A program made the position numbers and the translations under genes. The notes below the pieces were generated by a model. That model searched no databases. It saw nothing but the letters and a program-made list of their open reading frames with translations, and was not told the DNA's origin. From NCBI GenBank assembly GCA_963682135.1, contig OY821645.1:608001-672000 (forward strand): a stretch of 64,000 nt of DNA. The letters are read 5' to 3'. Shown here piece after piece: positions 59,757-64,000 of this stretch (within the stretch, counting starts at the first letter, position 1; every line of letters starts with the position of its first letter). The stretch is from Methanothrix sp. (GTDB taxonomy: Archaea; Halobacteriota; Methanosarcinia; Methanotrichales; Methanotrichaceae).

Positions 59757-59933
59757 GAAAATGAGTAGAACCCGAGTGCTAAAAAATTGTGGACCGAGTC
59801 CTTTTTTCCCAGCGCAAAGTTTAATAGGTTTTACATATCAACTCACATATCTGATAATAGTAACCATCCGTGTTTACATGGTCCAGAATATGACCTGTAA
59901 TGTGACAAACGATAATTCCGGAGGAAACACCAA

Positions 59934-60782
59934 ATGATAAACAAATATGTATTTCCAGCCTTAATTGCGGTCCTGGTTTTGGCCTCATTTGCAGGATCTG
60001 CATCGGAGCCAAAAGAGATCACCGTATTTACTGCGGCGTCACTGACCGGCGCTTTTGGCGAGATCGGAGGGATTTACGAGAATGAAACCGGCATCCATGC
60101 AGTCTTCAACTTCGACGGCTCCCAGGCACTTCGTACCCAGATAGAGAATGGAGCTTATGCAGATGTCTTTGCCTCTGCCAACAAGAAGCAGATGAATGCC
60201 TTAAAAAATGGCGGACTGATGAATAACAGTAGCGTAGTAATATTCGCAAAGAACAAGATCTCGCTCATTGTTCCCAAGGATAATCCGGCTAAAATCAAGA
60301 GCCTCTCAGATCTGGCCAAGCCTGGCATAAAGATCGTCATGGGAACCAAGGATGTACCGGTGGGCGACTATGCCCTGCAGATCATAGATAAATTGGGCAA
60401 TGATTCCTCATACGGTCAGGACTATAAGACAAAGGTGCTCTCCAATGTCATTTCGCAGGAGACCACTGTCAACTACGTGGTTACCAAGGTAGCCCTGGGT
60501 GAGGCAGATGTGGGATTTGCATATGTTTCCGATGTCACCGAGGAGCTGGCCGGCAAGGTGGATAAGATCGAGATCCCGGATGAATACAATATCATCGCTG
60601 AGTACCCCATGGGATTATTGCAGGAATCCAAGTATCCGACTGATGGCATGGAGTTCATTAATCTGGTCATGTCGGATAAAGGCAAGACTGTCATGGAAAA
60701 ATACGGCTTTTCTCCCGTGGAAAGCAATCCTGCTAAATCCGAAGGGACCGCAACAGCTCCCGTAGCAGTAGCCGCAGCTTAA
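59934..60782 (+). CDS. modA: Molybdate ABC transporter substrate-binding protein
   Basis: FTAASL, FDGS..L..QIENGA..DVFASA, VPVG.YA, VALGEAD. Confidence 0.92.
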   Translation: MINKYVFPALIAVLVLASFAGSASEPKEITVFTAASLTGAFGEIGGIYENETGIHAVFNFDGSQALRTQIENGAYADVFASANKKQMNALKNGGLMNNSSVVIFAKNKISLIVPKDNPAKIKSLSDLAKPGIKIVMGTKDVPVGDYALQIIDKLGNDSSYGQDYKTKVLSNVISQETTVNYVVTKVALGEADVGFAYVSDVTEELAGKVDKIEIPDEYNIIAEYPMGLLQESKYPTDGMEFINLVMSDKGKTVMEKYGFSPVESNPAKSEGTATAPVAVAAA

Positions 60783-60799
60783 GACGAACGAAATTAAAA

Positions 60800-60839
60800 G
60801 AATGATCGAGTGATCGTGTAATCGAGTGACAGAGTGATC
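60800..60839. repeat. Degenerate 8-bp tandem repeat (GAGTGATC x5)
   Basis: gaatgatc gagtgatc gtgtaatc gagtgaca gagtgatc. Confidence 0.6.
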
Positions 60840-60840
60840 G

Positions 60841-61743
60841 ATGGCTTCCCATCAGGCAGATATTGGCCGATTGCATAAAGGAAGTCCGGCTGAGGTGGCC
60901 AATAAAGAGCAGGAAACCATCGACCATCCTTACCAAAGTTACCGGAACCGGGAAGTAGCCGTTAAAACCGGTCTGGGCCTTTTGCTGATACTGTCCATGA
61001 GCTTTATAGCTCTGCCCGTAATGGCGCTCTTCCTCAAGAGCCCCCTGGACACTATCCTCAGATCTCTGCACGATCCGATGGTGATGGATGCGCTTTGCCT
61101 CAGTCTCATGACCTCGACCATAACCACCATCACGGTCGTAATCATGGGCACACCTATCGCCTATGTCAGCGCTCGCTTTAATTATTTCGGAAAGGAGCTG
61201 GCCGACTCCCTGATCGATCTGCCTGTAATCATGCCTCCGGCGGTGGCCGGAATTGCTCTGCTTATGGCTTTTGGCAGAATGGGAATTGTAGGCCGGCCTC
61301 TCAATGCCCTGGGAATCAGCATAGCTTTTACAACTCTGGCGGTAATCATAGCTCAGACCTTTGTCTCCTCGCCCTTTTACATTCGCCAGGCCAGGACGAG
61401 CTTTGAGGATGTGGATCTGGCCTTCGAGAATGCGGCCCGCACTTTAGGAGCTTCCCGGTTTTACACCTTCTTTCATGTTATCCTGCCCATAGCCATGAAC
61501 GGTCTCATCTCCGGGGCTATCATGGCCTTTGCCCGCTCGCTGGGCGAGTTCGGAGCTACCATCATGTTTGCGGGAAACTTCCAGGGACGCACCCAGACCA
61601 TGCCTCTGGCCGTTTATACCGCCATGCAAGGAGATCTGGACGTATCGCTATGCTTGGCCATAATCCTGGTGGTCATCTCCTTTTTGGTCATAGCTCTGGT
61701 GAAGATCCTGACAAGGCGAGTGTACAAAAATTTTAAAAATTAA
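60841..61743 (+). CDS. modB: Molybdate ABC transporter permease
   Basis: DLPVIMPP, AARTLGA, FARSLGEFGAT; start uncertain. Confidence 0.9.
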   Translation: MASHQADIGRLHKGSPAEVANKEQETIDHPYQSYRNREVAVKTGLGLLLILSMSFIALPVMALFLKSPLDTILRSLHDPMVMDALCLSLMTSTITTITVVIMGTPIAYVSARFNYFGKELADSLIDLPVIMPPAVAGIALLMAFGRMGIVGRPLNALGISIAFTTLAVIIAQTFVSSPFYIRQARTSFEDVDLAFENAARTLGASRFYTFFHVILPIAMNGLISGAIMAFARSLGEFGATIMFAGNFQGRTQTMPLAVYTAMQGDLDVSLCLAIILVVISFLVIALVKILTRRVYKNFKN

Positions 61744-61764
61744 AATCGATAAGAGGAGTAGCAT

Positions 61765-62814
61765 ATGATAGAAAATGATACTGACATATTTACTGAAATG
61801 TCTGGAATTCTGCCCTATCAGGAGCTTGTAGATCAGGTATGGCAGAAGAATCTCTGTTCAGGCTGCAGGGGCTGCATCGCTGTCTGTCTGGCCGGTACTC
61901 TTGGATATGACCAAAATCTCTGCAGACCCTATCAGATAAATCCCTGTGTAGAGTGCAAAGCATGTCTTGATGCCTGCCCGCGCTTGAAGGAAAATGCCGG
62001 GAAAATTGCCTCTTCAAATGTCCTGGGAAATTATCTGGAAATCAAGAATGTGAGGTCAAAGACAGGCAGCGAGCACTTCCAGAATGGAGGAGCAGCTACT
62101 GCATTGCTGGCTGTGGCTCTGGAGGAAGAGCTTGTGGATTGTGCTCTGGTCATGGGACTGGATCGATGGACTCAGAAGCCATATCCGCGCATAGTCTATC
62201 AGGCGAAGGATCTGGAAAGGTCTGCAGGAAGCAAGTACACGAGCAATGCAATTTTAGAGTCCATGAAGGATCTGGTAAAAGACCCGGGCATAAAAAATGT
62301 GGCACTGGTAGGCTCTGCTTGCACCGTCCAGGCGGTAGGACTTCTTTGCCGATCACAAAATGAATATGCTATGAAGTTGGCGCAAAAGGTGAGGTTCCTT
62401 TTGGGTCTGTTCTGCTTCGAGGCTTTTGATGATTCCATGATTGCTGAGATCACCAGGTGCATCGGTGAGCCGTCCTGGCGCATAAGCAAAATCAGTGCAA
62501 GTGAAGGACAGATGAGGATCACACTTCGAGATCAAAGTGTGAGGTGTATTCCCCTTCGAGATCTGGCGAGATTCGTACGTCCAGGATGCAAAGTCTGTAC
62601 AGACTTCACCGCTAACCTATCTGATATCTCAGTGGGTGGGGTTGGAAGCGCGCCGGGAATGAGCTGCGTCATCATCAGGACACAGAAAGGATTGGGTCTC
62701 TTCAAGATAGCCGAAGAGATGGGCTTTCTGGAAGCCTGGGATGGGGTAAACGTTGAGGCCATAGAAAAAATTGGCAGGCTGAAGCAAAAGAGAATCTTAT
62801 CAGAAGGCGCTTGA
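61765..62814 (+). CDS. FrhB-family F420-binding beta subunit with N-terminal ferredoxin
   Basis: CSGCRGC, CVECKACLDACP, QNGG, AGSKY, GLFCFE, SDISVGGVGS. Confidence 0.88.
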   Translation: MIENDTDIFTEMSGILPYQELVDQVWQKNLCSGCRGCIAVCLAGTLGYDQNLCRPYQINPCVECKACLDACPRLKENAGKIASSNVLGNYLEIKNVRSKTGSEHFQNGGAATALLAVALEEELVDCALVMGLDRWTQKPYPRIVYQAKDLERSAGSKYTSNAILESMKDLVKDPGIKNVALVGSACTVQAVGLLCRSQNEYAMKLAQKVRFLLGLFCFEAFDDSMIAEITRCIGEPSWRISKISASEGQMRITLRDQSVRCIPLRDLARFVRPGCKVCTDFTANLSDISVGGVGSAPGMSCVIIRTQKGLGLFKIAEEMGFLEAWDGVNVEAIEKIGRLKQKRILSEGA

Positions 62815-62897
62815 AGCCTGTCTGCGTGAAAGTGCAAGTAAACGAAGAAGAAGTCCGGGACTTCGAGAAGGACTTATCCGGAAAAATCAAACTTATT

Positions 62898-62939
62898 GCG
62901 GCCACCCCACCCTAATGGATGGGGTATGCTTCGGGCCGC
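62898..62939. repeat. Hairpin resembling an IS200/IS605 subterminal palindrome
   Basis: GCGGCC-ACCCCA..TGGGGT-ATGCTTCG-GGCCGC. Confidence 0.5.
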
Positions 62940-63017
62940 ACTCCCTCACGCCAGGTTTTATAGAATCCAGAAATCGTCGAGTCGTCGTTGCCCAGATCTC
63001 CTGACCGGAATAGTGAC

Positions 63018-64000
63018 CTATTGGAGTCCATCTGGCTTTTGGATGCTTCTCTCTTCAGACGACGAAGCGGAAAACGTGGTATGAGTATTTCGCCATAGAG
63101 CATGATCGGTTCCTACGACGAAGGCTTGTGTGTTACCAACGATTATTGCCCCTGATGTATATGTCAAAATCGCTCCGCCCATGCTTTGCCACTGATTTCC
63201 GTTTGGATTCCATGGATTGGTGCTGAATATATTCTCCCACAGTGCCGAATTGCCGCCGCGGACAAAGACATGTATTTTGTTGGCAGATGTATCTGCAATT
63301 GCATCCGGATCTGAGGTAATTACTCCCCCAAGTCCATACCAACTGCCTATCTCAGGTTCGCTGGCAGAGTTTACATCGCATATCCATATGGCATTGTCAC
63401 TACCCTTTACAATTACAACGACATGAGCATCAACTCCGGGTTCGATTGTAGCTACCGGACCGTTTGCCAAAATACCTCCCAAGTAGCTCCAAGTACGCGT
63501 ATACGCGGATTCACTCCACACTCCTTTTTTGTCCCACAATGCGTTATCGCCTCCTCGGACAAAGATGTGCTCTTTACCGGAAGGATCAAACAGTATGTAA
63601 GGACGTGATGTAAGGAAGCCGCCTTGAGATGCCCAGGCAAAAGTCTCAGTATTGATATCGAATTCGCAAGTCCATAGAGCATTATCACCCCCAATAACCG
63701 CTACTCTGAGGATATTGCAGTTTGCCGGGTCTATTGCCGCAGTGAGGCCATTCGTGATGTAGCCACCCAGATTTTTCCATTGTCCAGAGGAGGTAGTCGA
63801 ATCATAGATGAAGTCCCAAACACCATTGTCTCCCCCGCGAACCAAGACATGTATCTTGCCATTGCAGTCTTTTGCTGTGAAGGGATCTGATGTTAGAAAA
63901 CCTCCTTTGCCTTGCCAAGATCCATCTATGTTGACCCATAGCGCATTGTCCCCGCCTTTCACCCAGACTTCGGTCTTGCCTTGGTTGTCTATAATCACGC
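63018..64000 (-). CDS. 3' part of a protein with PLL-like lectin beta-propeller repeats; runs off the right edge
   Basis: Seven repeats of [V/I]xVxGxDxALW, most followed by W..LGG..T..P. Confidence 0.75.
   Translation of the reverse strand, partial: VIIDNQGKTEVWVKGGDNALWVNIDGSWQGKGGFLTSDPFTAKDCNGKIHVLVRGGDNGVWDFIYDSTTSSGQWKNLGGYITNGLTAAIDPANCNILRVAVIGGDNALWTCEFDINTETFAWASQGGFLTSRPYILFDPSGKEHIFVRGGDNALWDKKGVWSESAYTRTWSYLGGILANGPVATIEPGVDAHVVVIVKGSDNAIWICDVNSASEPEIGSWYGLGGVITSDPDAIADTSANKIHVFVRGGNSALWENIFSTNPWNPNGNQWQSMGGAILTYTSGAIIVGNTQAFVVGTDHALWRNTHTTFSASSSEERSIQKPDGLQ

Noticed and set aside
59820-59930. Possible ModE-type operator upstream of modA
   Set aside because: No clear palindrome matching the consensus I know

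Overview
The gene content points to archaeal DNA from an aceticlastic Methanothrix/Methanosarcinales-like methanogen (FrhB-family proteins, MfnF, split guaAB, archaeal hpt, DRG/YchF GTPases, many secreted and TPR proteins). Most of the window is housekeeping, transport and signalling. There are two accessory regions. (i) ~17.9-24.4 kb: a type IIG restriction-modification gene with an AT-rich target-recognition domain, followed by an antitoxin-PIN pair and a degenerate copy of the RM gene's tail. (ii) ~37.3-44.4 kb: a TPR pseudogene split by an IS1634 that itself carries a nested IS5, a second antitoxin-PIN pair flanked by relics of the same RM tail, and a TIR-NB-ARC-TPR NLR-like gene. Three observations stand out. 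(1) leuA has no in-frame start codon before its catalytic motif; a probably leaderless out-of-frame uORF with tandem Leu codons (CTT CTA) overlaps it, suggesting a leucine-sensing +1 frameshift. (2) A STAS / membrane PP2C / NCS2 transporter operon, in which the transporter carries a degenerate RsbW-like domain, suggests partner switching on a transporter in a cell with no sigma factors. (3) Toxin-antitoxin cassettes sit twice between copies of the type IIG constant tail. I saw no tRNA, rRNA, CRISPR array or reverse transcriptase. All family calls come from reading motifs by eye, not from database searches.
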